Part shown: in pieces, positions 13,226-28,585 of the stretch
Numbering within the stretch: the stretch's first letter is position 1
Layout: each line of letters starts with the position of its first letter
Source: Tubulanus polymorphus
Taxonomy: Eukaryota > Animalia > Nemertea
Direction: 5' to 3'
Assembly: GCF_964204645.1 (NCBI RefSeq)
Contig: NC_134026.1
Span: 31,334,250-31,398,249, forward strand
DNA: 64,000 nucleotides
Translations under genes and position numbers: made by a program
The notes under the pieces: generated by a model
What the model was told of the DNA's origin: nothing
Databases searched by the model: none
The model's input: the letters and a program-made list of their open reading frames with translations, nothing else

Positions 13226-14240
13226 TCACTAAAAATCCAAAATAACCTCATTGATCCTTGAAATTATATAATTTATTGTCGACAATATTAAGCATTATAT
13301 GTGTATCATTTTTCAAGGCATCCGTAAACTTTCCAGTTATTCTTTTTTTGTTTAGCGAAGTGTTAATAAGATCTAACAGATATAGGCTTGTCATCTGTGC
13401 GCGATTATTTTAATTCTGCGAAAAGCCGCTTCTGTGTCCGTCGTCAGCCGAACACACGCCGACACACTCCATCATCTTACGTGTCAAAGCATTTAGCTTC
13501 TTCATTTCACGCCAGGACATCTTTCAACACAAAAAAACCAATTGAATATGCTATAAGCAATATGAGTAAGTAATTCCCAGTAGACAGGCTAATTCTTTGC
13601 AAGATTGGCCACGTCTTGTGGCTAAGACCTGATGAAAGGAAGGCTGTCAACGCTCGAGCGACTGCATACAAAAATACGGACAGGTCTTGAATGTAAATAT
13701 ATTAGAGAAAAAATAGTGCGTGAGATAAGAGAGGAGCGACGTGGACAGAAACCGGACATCGGGATAATCATATCAGAAATAAGGTTATTTCCGCTGGTTT
13801 AGAGCTTGTGTCCGGAGACCGCGGGGTTCGGGTCGTTCTCGACCACTGGAAACAAAACATGTTGCTTTTGATATCAAAAAGTGCAACAACTGTCGAAGTC
13901 GAGTTGAATACTGATCTGAAACAACATGGCGCAGGCGGTGACGTCATCTCTCCACTCGACAATACCGTATCACAGCAACACCTCCTGACCGGAGAGGTAT
14001 TATGGGAAGGTTGTTATGTTTGAAACCTTCAACAATTATAACCGGTATATTCACTCCCTAACAACGAAGATAACAAAAAGTAGATGGCGGTGAAGTGAGG
14101 TGAGACAGGGCGTTAGTTCAGGGGAGGGGAGGGGAGTGGGGAGGGGAGGATAGAGGGGAGAGTGTGCCGTTCAGGAAACAGTCACTAATGACCCGAGAAC
14201 GTGGCTGTTATTGTCAGGTTAGTAAACATTCCACACCACA

Positions 14241-14273
<33 letters not shown>

Positions 14274-15269
14274 TTGTAAAAATGGCTGACAAGGAATTTA
14301 CGGCAGCGATCCAATGAACGGTTGTATAGAATGAACAATCCGATGATCCATCAACACTTACAAGAATTGACGGCCATGTCTTAACGGATCTGGCGAGGTT
14401 CATGTCACAATCAGTAGCGAGTTACGCGTTATAGTGTTACTCATGTCTCCATATACAACTGTTCAATTATTGAATAATTCTGATCAGGTCACGTGTTTAC
14501 ACTGATCTCGATGTCGCATCAGGAGCTTGTTGCGAGCTTAAAAGCCACTTTATTACATGTGCATAGACGACGTATCTTTTAAACGAACACCAGTAGATTT
14601 ATATCAACAGGAAGTCGAGGCAGGGGTGGAGTTCACCGCAACGACCTTACTGTCCGATGTTTCCACAGATTGGGTGGACACAATATGTAGAGCCACATAG
14701 ATCACTATGGATACAACCACTTCCACCGACTGGTAGATGAGTGGATGGATCTATAAAAGGGATATTTTTGGCGGCCAGAGAACCTGAGCCTTCCCTTTGA
14801 TGTTGATTTCCTTTTTGTGAAGACCGATATCGTGTACGATTCACTGGACACTCCTATCCTCTATGAAATTTGATCTTTTCAGAGGTATTTCGTCCAAAAT
14901 TCAAAAGCAGCACTTGCAGTTTTCAGTGACGCTGCTTCTTCGAGAAATGCCAATTTTTGACCCCCGCTTTCCAATTTACCTAAATCCATCTCCGCAGGGC
15001 CGTGTAAAACTACGATGATATTGACTAAGGTTGTGATGTGAAACGCGCTGCCATATCCAATTGAACATTTCTGAGTTAGATTTTGAATGAAATGAATAAT
15101 TGATTAAAATATTTTGGGTCACGGAGTTTTATTACGTAAAATGGTGTCTCATTCGACGCTGCAGGCTTTTAATTAAACTAGGGCGGCAGAATTCATTAAG
15201 TATAAGTTATGATATATTTTCCAGATCTACTTTTATACCGATCATATTTTTCTTCAGTTTCACAATTTA

Positions 15270-15396
15270 TTATTATCCAATTCAGGAAAACTGTTACTCG
15301 ACCAGGGAAACATGATTCCGCGCTCTTATCGGGACTCGAACCCAACAGAATTAGTGAATTATCTCGGCAAGCATTTCCATTTAACTAAAGCAACCC
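15270..15396 (-). mobile_element. Degenerate tRNA-derived SINE head / tRNA pseudogene
   Basis: Minus-strand A box TAGTTAAATGG (15377-15387) and B box GGTTCGAGTCC (~15332-15342) at tRNA-like spacing; the cloverleaf is not intact. Confidence 0.5.
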
Positions 15397-18300
15397 GAAC
15401 TGTTTTCCATTTACTGTTGGGATTACTGTATTTCCACGTGGTTCAACATCAACAAATAGAATGCATTTTCATAACTGAACCTAATCAAATTTTGTCTAGC
15501 GACACGTAAAGGATTTAGCAACGTGTACGAGGCTTATTTCATATTCTTGTCACAGGAGTTACATCAATTTCATTTGCCAACCAACTGTTGCGATGGCGTC
15601 AAATCGCGCAATCGAGTCGAGCGACGAAAAGGGAAGTCTGATAAATCGTGTCCCTGGGGCGATCGATCATTTCACTATACGCCGAAACCTCCCTTGCAGA
15701 TGCTACCGCCGTCGTCGTCTTCGAGCTAGAAAATCTGCCTAGATTATAGTAAATCAGTCGCACGCGGTATGAACGACGAAATTACCGTTCGATATCTCAC
15801 CGAGATATGCATAAGGTAAAAATCGAGGTATTTACGATAATAGCGGATATGGAGAATTCAGCTCTACATTTCTATCTCGCGGTGTCTCAATTTGTAGGGT
15901 TGTTAGCACTGTGTGAGCGGTGATGAACGGTAGGGAGCCGTCACATCCTCGTCTCGCCGAGAAACTCATTTTCCTTCTTTCCGATGGTGAGGATTCTCTT
16001 GAAAGGTACAGATAATCATGTATTTTCGGGCTAGATCTGGCGACATGACGGTTTGACAAGCGTCGTCAGCCCAATTACCTCGAACGCGACGACAAACCGC
16101 TATAATGCAGTACGTGAGATGATATCGCAAATCATTGCCTCACATTATTTCCACCTAAAGAGACTCGTAAAAATCCGTCTTAAAATCGTTCAATGAATGA
16201 GGCTGATTCTACGTTCGCACATGGAAATCGAGGATCCACCAGGTGTCGCTTATGTGCTTAGTAGGATATACTGTGGCAATCGAGGATTCCGTTTGTGGCA
16301 AGTATGGATCCACCAGGTGTCACTAGTGCGCGGTAGTCTATCAACTGCTGTAGCAGACTAGAAAGACACTTGTGGCAAGTGAGGATCCACCGGGTGTCGC
16401 TAGTGTGCAGTAGGACGTCAATTAATGTTGGAAGCGAGGTGGTGCTATTAGGATGCCAGTTTCTCCTCAATTTAAGTCTATCCATAATTCTACTCGCTTT
16501 GAAGATGGTCCATAGACTGGTCTTCAATCTAAGACATGATGGCGCAACTGACCGCTTGGTGATGGCGTTTTACAAAAGAAATTGAATATGCACTAACTGC
16601 AATGTAGTTACTATTCTAACGAAACTATGACTCTGCTCGGACAGGCTGAAATGTCTTCCATTCTGAGAGGTTGAACATGTCTCACACACTGTCGTATATA
16701 GTAGATTACACCTCACTAATTCTATTATACACTGACTCTTGGGTATTACTACTCGAGGGGATATAGTGTAGGGGTTGTACTCTAGTTAAATTGATTATTT
16801 CGATTACTCGATATTTGTAGAATTCTAGTTAGTCACCGGTCACTTAGCAATCTCATTCACATCGAGATGGTCATTCCACGAGCCACCGCTAGGGGGCACT
16901 GGGTCCAGTTTCACGATGACAATTAACTAAATTTTTTGGTGTTCAATCGCTGTTAGTTATTTCATGTTTTCAATGAGGACAACAATTCAAACTTAACCGT
17001 TTCATCCATTTCAACTTGTTTGTTTCAGGAGGTTAAAAGAGGGGTGGGTTCGAACCCCATAGAACGCTTGGATCCACAACTACTGAGTAATCTCCCGATA
17101 CTATCAGATTGTCTTATCTCTGCCGAGGGATCATATTCTAATTCGTGTAAATATTCATAGGTATGTTACTGTAGAAAATAAATCTCTGGACCAGTGAGTT
17201 ATTATTACTGCCATCCGGTACAAGTCTGAAAGCTGCTGAATGGATCTGTTACAGAAATAAGCTTAACTCAGTCACGAAATATTTCCACCGGTGAGAATTG
17301 AGTTTTTTCAATGAACGGAATGAAGATTGAAGACTTCTTTCACCGTGGAATCCCTCGATTCCATATTTACATTGTAGATGACGTTTTTCATGAATGAATG
17401 CGCGGCGGAATTGCTTGTTAACACCGAAGTTGAACTTATGTTGCGTTACATTTTCATGAAGCAATTTACGATCGGAGACGATGCCAGAGTTCTACTGGAT
17501 AGAAATGTTGGGTAATATGATTAATTATTTATTACATCAGTTAATTCAATTACCCATCACCGTAATCCACATAATAGAAAAAAATATGAATTTCAGATCA
17601 GACTCCGCTGACATGTTGTCGATAAATCTACTGCGACGTTATTCATTGACAACTACAGCGAGACATCTTTCTTTCTGCGACACGTGTGGAGCAGGTATTA
17701 CTATATAGGTAAACTTGATTCTTTTTTATGCCTACAGAGTTTTAAGACTTCAATCGGTAAACATGATAAGGTAGTTACTTTGTATAAACTTATGATCTTT
17801 GCCTAAGAATACGAACTTCCAATAGATTCATCAGATGAAGTCAGGATCATTTACTTTGTTGAAGCTACCTTATATATTAGTAGCGAAATCTCGTAATTTT
17901 CTAAAAGAATTAGTTAACCTACATTGTACACTTGTCTTAACGTTAACTGATTCGAAACCATCATGGCTTCTCCACAATTTCAGGTATATGTTTAAAATAT
18001 TATGATCCCAAACAAAATCGATGTCAGACTAAAGTAAATAGACTTCATCTGTCTTCATGTTTACTGATTCGACATCAGGTTCACACACGGATCCTCGATA
18101 ACTCTGTATAGTCCGATCAATCAAGAAAAGCGTGTGAAATATGGAACATATTCTGCCAAATAAACCGTACATGAAACATCTTTATATATTTTGAGATCAT
18201 TTACAGATATAACATCTAAAGAAAATGTAATCGGAATCTCGTTCGGCCTACTGCGTCTAGACAATAACTGGAAGTCAGTTCTGTGACGTGTGACAATACC

Positions 18301-19289
18301 CCCTCGGGTGGAATCAGTCGGTGTCGGTATTTACTTGTCTGCGCCACAAAACTGATAACGGCCTTCTCGAGTATCAGCTATGTAATAATCATCATCTAAA
18401 TCTCTAGTTACTCGTACGGATTGGACGATGAGGTCACGGTCCGCTGGAGGCAGATCTAAAACTACGACCTACCTCGCTGCTGGAGAACTCCAACCGTGAT
18501 GAGAGAGAGAGAGACTGAAAAAACAAAATCCGTGTCCGTCACTAAAATGACAACTGTAGCTTCTGCTTCCGGTGGCTGGCTGCTGCAATTTGCAAACTAA
18601 CTGTTGCCAACTTACAATAAAAGTTCCAATCCTAACAACACCGCCAAGGCAACTGATTGGGGATGATTGACATCAAATTGGCAAGCGAAATCCAATCACC
18701 AGCTCATTGCCCAGGGGAAGCTACACTGATTGATCCGCGAGAGTCGTGCGCGCCGCCACAAACCCACCACTGACACTTCTACTACCAGTTTACGGTACCA
18801 TATTGATTATTTTACGACTGGAAGTCATGAAATCGGAAAAAGAGCAGTATTTCAATGATCATGGCCGTCACCGACGACCAACCGTCTTTATTCAATTTCA
18901 AATCCAACCGTTGAATAATAACGACTTGATGCAGCCGATTACAGTCAGTGTAAACAGTAACAGAGTAACAGCCCCGCCGTATTTGAGGAGAGGATGCGTC
19001 TCAATAAATATACATATTGATCAATCGGTAAAGTCATGTGACATTAATCGATAATACAGATACAAGTCAAACATCGCGCGGACAACACCGGAAGCAGAAT
19101 CTAGACGCCATATTGTGACGTCAAAGAAATCCACACCTCCATTCAAGAATCTAGACCGACGCCATCTTGTGACGTCACAATTAAGCACACTTCCGTTTTG
19201 AGGTGAATCTAGACGCCATGTCGTGACGTCACAATAAACCTCACTTCCGATAGTTACGAACTAAATGATTTCTGGACGAGAGAATGCGA

Positions 19290-19295
19290 TGAGAG

Positions 19296-19331
<36 letters not shown>

Positions 19332-19542
19332 AGGAGAGAGGAGAGAGGAGAGAGGAGAGAGGAGAGAGGAGAGAGAGAGGAGGAGAGAGAGAGGAGAGAG
19401 AAGAGAAGAGAGGAGAGAGAGGAGAGGGGAGAGAGAGGAGAGGGGAGAGAGAGGAGAGAGGAGAGAAGAGAGAGGAGAGAGAATAGAGAGAGAGAGGAGA
19501 GAGAGAGGAGGAGAGAGAGAGGAGAGAGAAGAGAGAGAGGAG
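19290..19542. repeat. Imperfect (GA/GGA)n polypurine microsatellite
   Basis: Directly visible. Confidence 0.95.
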
Positions 19543-21399
19543 AAAGTACCTACTTCACAACTACGCACCATTAACCAACTTCATCTTATATTGCAGTATT
19601 TTACGATACTACGATAAAAACTGAGCGAGTAATGTATGGACAAAAACCATATCGCTACAAGAAGAAACATGCCCAGTGTCCAATAGCCCCGTTTTGTCCA
19701 TCGTCCAGTTTCTAGTGTCCTGAGATCAGTGCCCACAGTTTCCCGTCCATTATCCCCTCCCAAATGCCCTGTTTACATTGCCAAGTGCCAGGGGCCCCTG
19801 TGTTTAGTGTCGCCCCTGTACCCAGTGTCCAGTAACCAGTGTCCAGTACCCAGTTCTCAGTGTCTTGTCCCTGTGTCCTTTATGCCAAATTCACGATAAC
19901 TAATTGTTTAGTCTTCTCCATTAAAACATTGATATCAAGTGAATTTGAAATTCCAGAAATCTCAGAATCGATTCATACATTTATGTATATGATATATCGG
20001 TGATATATGATGGCGGGTGATATATGATGATGATTTACCTTCATTGCTCAAGTGTCTCAGACACGAACCGCGCTCAATTCACTGAGGAGCCATTAATACT
20101 GAGGAGGAAACTTCTCTGTCTGTCACAGATTCAATTCCGTGCCTCGTGCTTACAATGCAAATAAATGAATATCATTATCGTCAACCGGTTTATCATTTCT
20201 CTGACGCCGTAAAAAAAAACGTCGCAAAAATGTTTTTATTCATCGATAACTATTGCGGGGTATATACTCGAGTGAGTCGATGCGCACTACGTCATCAATA
20301 TTGAGGCGTTTCAATATAACAATTAGAATTGTGAAAATTGACGTTTAATTTGTAATTTATCGAATTTCATAACTCTTCTTTTCATTCTAATGGCTTTTCG
20401 TGTCTTTCTGATGATGAACTTTGAGCAGATGTCCACTACGTCATCAATAAACATCATCGGGGCTAGACTGGTTGCCGGTCAATTCAATTCAATCGTCAAT
20501 ATATTCAAATTCAAAATACATTATTCATACTATATCATTCAATGTCGAAAATATCAAGCATTTATTATCAAGCAAAAAAGTTCCAAGTTAGTTTTGTTAC
20601 CAATACTGCAAAAATATCTACCAAGACGTCAATAAACTTTTAAAGTTAGTTTTCCTTGTCATCTCGCGGATTTCGAACTTATTTCACGCCGCACTTTTTA
20701 CGAGTATAGCGCTGAGAGTCGTGTTAATAAATATCCTACTCGGTAACGGGGGGACACGTCAAACGATACACCAACGTGTAAGAACAAACCCATAAAACCG
20801 AGCATTATGAGCTGTTTGAGGCTGATAAAATAAATCATATCATCATGCATTGATTATAGCATGAAAATGATACAGCGCCAAACTGCACGTCTTTCCACGG
20901 CCCGCTGGGAGCTTTATACCGACTGACTATACCAGTAATATTAACCGGTTCTAGCGCGATGAAAAGACTCATTTTGCAAAGTGTACTTTCTCAGTGTATA
21001 TCACTGGAGCGCGTGAATGATGATCAATGCGCTACTCGCGGTAACAACCAAGAAATTGTCGTGTATCTTACATTCTTCAAACATGGATAGAAATCGATGC
21101 TGGTTGTAAAAACGGGCGACGATTATTGATATTGGTGGCAGAAACCAACTGTTTATTGTTCATTCACATCTCTCACCCGTTCGCGCTACATTTTGACAAT
21201 TTCGTTATATGGAATAATACTATTGACACAAGACGAATATTGTGACAGTTCTTTAAAAACCAGACTCGAGATTTCAACATCGTCGATCATCGTTTGTATA
21301 CTCACTTGCCAGGGCTCGCTTGTCTACATGACTTGATGAATTCGTCTCTGATTAAGTCCAGACAATGTGGTTGACACGATGTGTAGATCAGCAGTCGGA

Positions 21400-21640
21400 C
21401 TGAGACCAGTCTCAGACTCTACAGCCAATGTAACAACTAAAGACCAATCTCTAGATTCAAAACCATTTTGGACTTAGTCCCGACTGGCACTGACCCCAGG
21501 GGCAGGTTCCATTGTCATGGCTTAAGACTTAAGACCAATCTAATACCATCTTAGCTCTATAGCCAATCTTACAAAATCAAGACCAGTCTTAAGATTCAAA
21601 ACCATTTTAGACGTAAGTCTCGACTATGGAACCGGGCCCT
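21400..21640. mobile_element. Two adjacent copies of the TTAAGACCA/ACTGTGGAACTG MITE-like family
   Basis: Reverse-complement homology to 9210-9290 and 9661-10112; the second copy is bounded by GGTTCCATTGTC...GACTATGGAACC. Confidence 0.65.
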
Positions 21641-24613
21641 GGGATTTCGGAACAGGTCACGTGGCCTTGGTTGCTGTTGGAATCTTTAATCTCGATGTGA
21701 AGGTAGCCCAGCCCTGGTAAGCGAGGACGCACTAGTTGAATTCATCCTAGACTTGTCGAAATAAACCTACAATGCATCAGGAAATATCCCCCCCTTAAAT
21801 GACGCACACATCGTCACAGTGATAAGTGAATTAGTTGTATATTAAATGATACTGATACATTGTGAAGATGGTGAGTGATAATGATCAGAATACTGGAGAA
21901 TGATTGATACACGTGATCATCCTAACATTCATTGATACATCTCTGTTAGCTATAGATGCGCGGTCATCCTCTCAGTGATTCCACCAATCAGCGCGCAGTA
22001 ACACGATCGCTGTCCATATCTATCATCCGAGCCAACAAAAAGATTATTGCTACGGAACAAAATGACATGTTGTTTGGTCACATCATTTATTTTCTTGGCA
22101 GCTTTGGCTTTCTGTATATAAACCGTTTTATCGGCGGCACAGTCGTAATAGACTTTGTTATTACATCGACAAACAAGCGATAGATGTGTGACGATTATAC
22201 TGTGCACTGAGCTAGAGTCGGAGGAGGGGGTGTCGTACTGAGGGGGAGGGGGGCGTACTGAGGGGGGGAGGGGAGTTATATAGCTGTAGGCTACTGGGTC
22301 GGATGAGCGGATGAGGGGCTTTATTAGAAACAACTTAAATCAAAATGTATGTCGTTCAGTTTGACGTAGATTCAACAGTTTCGTAAAATCTAATTAGATT
22401 TTTTTTTAAAGATTCAATTAGCCGTTTTATTCCGTGTTGTGAAGCTTATCCCGGCACACTTAGAATAAAAAAGGCCTGATGAAACACTCTGTGTCCGTGT
22501 TGTAAAGATGATATAAAATCCCGGCGCAAAAAAATGCCCGAAATGTTTTCTAGAGCTAATACATTGTAATTGATTGGACTTTTCGACCTCAATCTTCACT
22601 GATTCAGAATAGATTAAGAATTACGACGGGTCCGACAACTTTTCCACAATTGCATTTGAATTTTTGTTGGATCTCGCTATATTTCAGTTGAACATGAAAA
22701 ATTCCACAATTGAAGAATGAAAATTAAAAACTCCAAAAGTTTATTGATGCCACGTGACGGTTCAACGGTTTCCTAACGGACATCATTTTTGAATTTTAAG
22801 AATTGAATACATCAAAATAATCGTGTGCGATGAAAGCTTGCCATAGATGACGTCACACATCCAGCCTATACTCTATGACCTGAGGCTGTTTTGGTTTTAT
22901 GTCCGTAAAATGACTCTCAATTCAGAAACATCATTCCGGCATCGATTACACCGAAACCCGATGCCTTTACCCATAATGCACAGGCGGCGGATGTAATAGC
23001 ACTTCCTTTACGCGGAACTTCCGCTAAAACCTAAACCAGCAACGAGAAATAACTTTGCGAATTGCGTGGATAACAATAATAGCGACAAGGCTCGAGTCAG
23101 AGCTTCCGCGATCCGTGGAACTGGAAAATATCGGCGGCGGTTTTACCCTGAAGGTATCACAGTTACTCGACCGATAAAATCGTCATTCAATTTATTCCTA
23201 TTCATTTGCTTTGAAGATCCCGTTTATCGGTAGGACTGATACCCCCAATCACGACCGAACGGTCGCCGGCCAATTCATCCGCGTTCGGATTTTTAATAGA
23301 TTTTTGTGATTGTTCATTCAAGCGCGATTAGGACGAAAGATGCAGAAAACCGGTAGGGGTGAGTCAGATAGAGGCGGCGGCGCGGGGTAAAGTTTCCAAT
23401 CACGCTGAGCTTAGTACTGCTACTGCGACAGATATCCCGTGGTATTCAGCAACAATTTGCTTCACCTAATGAAGCGGAATAAATCCAGGTCTCGCTGTAT
23501 CGCTATAGATAGCGAGACCGACTAAACCCGCACACCCTCATCAATTTACAGAAAAATACTGAATCCGTGTGTTCAGCTCCGTCGAGAAACCTTGAGTTCA
23601 CAGAACAGAAACTCTAATTAGCGGAGTTGTGATTTAAAGTTTACAAGTGGTCTTAAATCTTAAAAATCGTCTAAAGTTTCGCGAAAAGATACTAAATCTG
23701 AATTCATCCCCGTTGTGAAACATTGGCCTCAGTTTTTCATAACGCTCTTATTATGTCCCGTTGTTGCTAGGGATTCACGCTGTTGGAATGTTGCCAAAGT
23801 TGTCAAAAAACATTTAAGGACCGATGAAATAATGTCAAACTCGCATCGCAAATAAATATCAGAAAAGAGAAAAAAATGACCCAATAAAACAGGATAAATT
23901 AATGTACCCAAACAAAATTGCGGTTCGTAAACTGTGAATGGTTTGTCTAATGGCACTCATTAAAGGAAAATTAATTAAGCATTTTCAACAATGATGGGTT
24001 GTAAAAATCACGAAGAATGTAATTAAATGAAGAGTAAGTTTATAAGACCCTGTTCACTCTTTAGACGATTGAAATGAAAAGCATTTACACCCACAATGAG
24101 TCGTAAATACAATTAAAAAAACAAAACAGTGCCATCAAAATGAAAGAACGCTTCAGAAAACATGTCGAATATGGTGACTTACTTACCCGAGATTGGCTGA
24201 TAAGTTGTCGATGTATGTTATTGTGTATAACTGACTAACGTTCACACACATACAGCTGAAACAATGCATCTCATAGCCGGCTACATTTCATCGACTCATT
24301 AACACAATTTTCACCAATCTATCATTTATCACCATTTAACGTAAGCTTATACCTATTTACACTGTTATCAAAATCATAATTCATTGGCGTGATGTGTTTT
24401 ATACATCACAGGGTGTCATTATACAAAGTGAAACGTTTTGTTGTTGCCATTCTGCGGTTTTGACTGCGCTGGAAGCTTGTGAAATAGCTTACTGATCTTT
24501 TAGCTATAAAGCTGGAAGCTTGTGAAATAGCTTCGATCTTTTGTGTGGACTCCGCTTACCTCGGATTACAACAGGCCCCGGACTCTGTTTGCCGAGGAGT
24601 CGATTGCCTCGAA

Positions 24614-24680
24614 ACAGTGGTCGAGTGCGTAGCGCACCTGACTTCAACGCCATAGGTATCGGGTTCGAAACCTTCCCAAA
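24614..24680 (+). mobile_element. tRNA-derived SINE fragment
   Basis: A-box-like TGGTCGAGTG and B box GGTTCGAAACC ~45 bp apart. Confidence 0.4.
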
Positions 24681-27600
24681 AACAAGGTTCATTTCTTATT
24701 GGAAAATCCCTTTTTTCAAACCCCTACTTAACGCTGTGGACCTAACCAACCTTACCATACAGCGAATTTACGTTTTCAAAATTCAGATATTGTCTAAATA
24801 TTTGACACAATTTTTGTAAAGCTTTTGTAAAATGGAATGCTCATTATTTCATGCAACAAGTCTATTATCTGGATTACAAAAACTACAGCGTTTATCGTCG
24901 CCAGAGCGATGATAGTAGTTACAGACAAAATGAGGAAACTGTTTGAAAATAAACAACTGTTCATAAAATTGTGCAGTTTCATTTCATTTAAAAAACATCA
25001 GTTAAGAGTCAATGTTTACTGCAAACATCTCTTTTGTCTCTGGATCTCACGAATATATTTCCAATTACTCCCAGATAAATATCAACCGACAAATCTGATA
25101 TCTATCTGATATCTCTGATATCTATCTGATATCTATCCCGCTAAACGCGAGTCAATATTCATTTCACTTTATCATGATATATATTTGACTAAAAGTGGCA
25201 TTGGATGATACAAGCGTCGTAAGGGAATAAAATTGATTGAATTCAATTCGCTCCGGTGCAGAATGGATGACCTTCAACGCTACTGTGGCAATCGAGGATT
25301 CCACTTATGGCAAGCGATGGTCCACCGCGGGGTGTCGCTAGTAGCAACTCGGTCTTCTAGATTACAATCACGGACTCGACATTCTAATGAAATTAAGGCG
25401 GATTTTCCAAATTTCGGCACCGAATTTCTCAGTGGTCTTTTTTGAAAAAGGCACTTAACCAAAAAAGAGCGGATTCGAACCAACGGAACCCACCCCATCC
25501 CCTGTATCCGCCCGTTTAATGATTTAGAACCAGTATTTCATGGACTCGCTGCGAATCGGGTGAGAATGGTGATCATTTATCAGTGTCAGTAACACGTGAC
25601 ACGATCTACTGACAAATGGCAGTTAAATCATGTGTGAGATACAGAAACTGAATGTGAAAAATTGAAACCAGGCAATTATAGGTTGGTTGATTGAATAGAA
25701 GTGCTACAGTTAATTAGATCTGATGCCCCTATGTGTCTAGTGAAGCCACCCCGATGACTCTCTACACAGCGAGTATAGACGGCTCTCATTCCTATACTAT
25801 CCATCAAAACACTTGATGGATAGTAGGTCTAATTGAAAAGTACGGTATCCAATTTACAACTCAGTAACAAACATGGCTTTAATACTGTCTGTTTAAAGGG
25901 AACTAACTCATTGTGACGTAGAGTTTTTGATACGGTATCATTTTTGTTTAGCCTAATTTCATATCATCAAATTCAGGTTCAAAACCCGATTTGATAAACC
26001 TGTCCAAATTTATCGAAATTCTGATTTTTTTTTTCATTTAGGAAATACAAAAATATAAACTCTCAACAAAAAAAAAGATTTTATTTGATCGTTTTGAAGC
26101 GGAGGCTTTTGACGACGGAGATGTGTCGCGGTATAGTAGTAATGAACGTTATCTATAAGAAACAGGTCTCGCCTCGTGTGAGATGTCTGACACAGTCAGT
26201 CCATGTTACCACTCTCTTCAGTCGAGTCTCACGATGACTTATGGTAATTATTCTAGCTGTAAGATTGTGTGTACGATCATTAGTTAGATCCGTCGGAAAC
26301 TCGAGGATCAGTCTCTAAGGATCGTCAGTTATCAGCAACTTCACAGTGTCCTAAACATTCCCTGGTTACCGGGCCGTATAACGGCGTAATAACAGTTTAT
26401 TATCACCGTGTAAAAACCTGACAGATCTGAAAATCCGTTAATCGTTTAAGTAGGAAATATTTGTATTCAGTTTTAGATAGATTCGTCTGCATTTGATCAC
26501 CGCAATTCAGGAGTTTATTGCCAAAACCGACAGTGCCTTCAAACTGCGCGTGAAGTTAAAAGTTTAAAAAAAACTCGAAGCAGTCACTTTCACCGTAGGT
26601 CACACAGAGTATCAAATTTGGTAACTACACCGTTCGTGTTCCCGGGGATGGCTGATAAAGTCGAAACGTTGAATAAACTACTCGGGACGGATCCAACTGG
26701 GCCAATTTTGAATGACTTGTCAAATCCCCAAAGGGCACTGTCTGTGATGTCTGAAAAGGCAATATTAGGCGTATATTACTACCGAACTGATATGCACCGA
26801 TATTTTATTCGTCGACAATCTGATGGACCTGTACAAGTCTGATAAACGCCCCCAGATCCACCCGATACGCAACTAGCTCTGGGAGACTTCGTACTCGTTT
26901 TGGTATCGGCAAATTGGCCGTCAAGCGAACAAGTCACGGCCAATTTGACGCTCTATGACGTCCATTCATACGTTTATGAGTATGTTTTATTGAGTGAGTA
27001 TTCACTGTAGCTATCTCTGATTACAGTCGGATAGTCAGTGGAAACGTGTGTGTACACAGCTCCACACAGCCTTGGGAATTTCCTTTCTCATTAACAGATC
27101 GGGGTCCCTCACTCTCTCTCACTCTCACTCACTGAATACGGGAACGAATATGAATACATGATTTAATGAATAGGATGATTATTGATAGAGACTGCGCCCA
27201 CTCGACGAGAGGTTCTTCATTTATTGATTAACTATCGCCGCCGTATAAAAGAGAATCTATAACTATTTCAAATTCATCACAAATATTAGCGTTGATCTAC
27301 AAGTGGCTGATTCATGGCTGGTATAGAACCCCCAGCCGGTTATACCCGACCCGACCGAACGACCGGGCTGAGACTGACTCATCCTCCAGATACTCGCATG
27401 ATCAATTTCATTAAGTTCTCCGGTTATCCAGTCAGCGAGTGTAAGCAAACTTTAATTGTCAACTAGTAGCATCGCTTTCATCGCGAGGGGAGCGAAAAAT
27501 TGTCATAACAAACTTCTATTCGGCGCAGGGTTGGGTTTGAACTGATCAGAGAGAGACTGCGCGATATCGATCAGAGGCAGATCAGAGGCAGGAACTTCTA

Positions 27601-28488
27601 TCGGGTTCAATAATGTTCTTACGAAACGAAGTTTCCAGAACTGGTTGACTACAATTCTTACTAATTATAGAAACCTTTATAACAGGAAATTAGAATAAGG
27701 GCAGCAAAACCCTGTATGTTTACATGCATGGGCGTGCGCCACGGGTTTGGGTCCTCAAAAAGGATTTGCATCATAAAGCACAAAGAGTCATGTTAAAACA
27801 AAATGTGACCAGAAATTATTTATTTCGGCAAAAATACCCCCCCCCCATACCTTAAATTCGCCCCTGTAGAATACGCATATTTGTAGCACATTTGAAGCTA
27901 AAGTAGAGTCGTGCTAATTACAGACATGAACAGTATTACATCAGCATCGAGCGGGATGTATATAGAGATGGAGTTAATTAGCGACTGTAGCCACAGGAGG
28001 CTGAGAAACAGACCATCGACATCACACGTATTTTTATCAAAGGAATTCTATTTGTACGTTAAGAGAAAGGGGAAATAGACGCGCGGAAGAATATGTGATC
28101 TGATAATATATAATGATTATACCAACAGAGGGAGATGCGCTTTATGGATTGTCATGGAAACGGAAGAACCTGCTGAAATACTACCCCGATACCTAAAAAC
28201 GTTCATTTCATCAACCCTTCGCGGGGGGCAAACGTTGAAATTAAATTAATGCCGAGCGAGCATATCATATGTGCAGATATGATGACGTCACTGGAGGTTA
28301 TTAATTTAGTGTTTATTATCAGTGAAGGCGACAAGTGTCTCCACGTCTCTCCGCGGTTCGTGTACTGATTATCAATTTACCTGTCACCGAACTGAAAACC
28401 ATTATTCGGAAATTAATCTCTTGTGAATCGCTGAAAATTCGAATGTTTTATTCTTATCTTTCAAAGACTTTCCTATAGAATAATATAT

Positions 28489-28585
28489 CCCTCTCCCTCT
28501 CCCTCTCCCTCTCCCTCTCCCTCTCCCTCTCCCTCTCCCTCTCCCTCTCCCTCTCCCTCTCCCTCTCCCCCTCTCCCTCTCCCTC
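28489..28585. repeat. (CCCTCT)n microsatellite
   Basis: Directly visible. Confidence 0.95.

Noticed and set aside
25880-25902. TAATACTGTC resembling the miR-8/miR-200 5' end
   Set aside because: The 3' half does not match and no precursor hairpin is evident.
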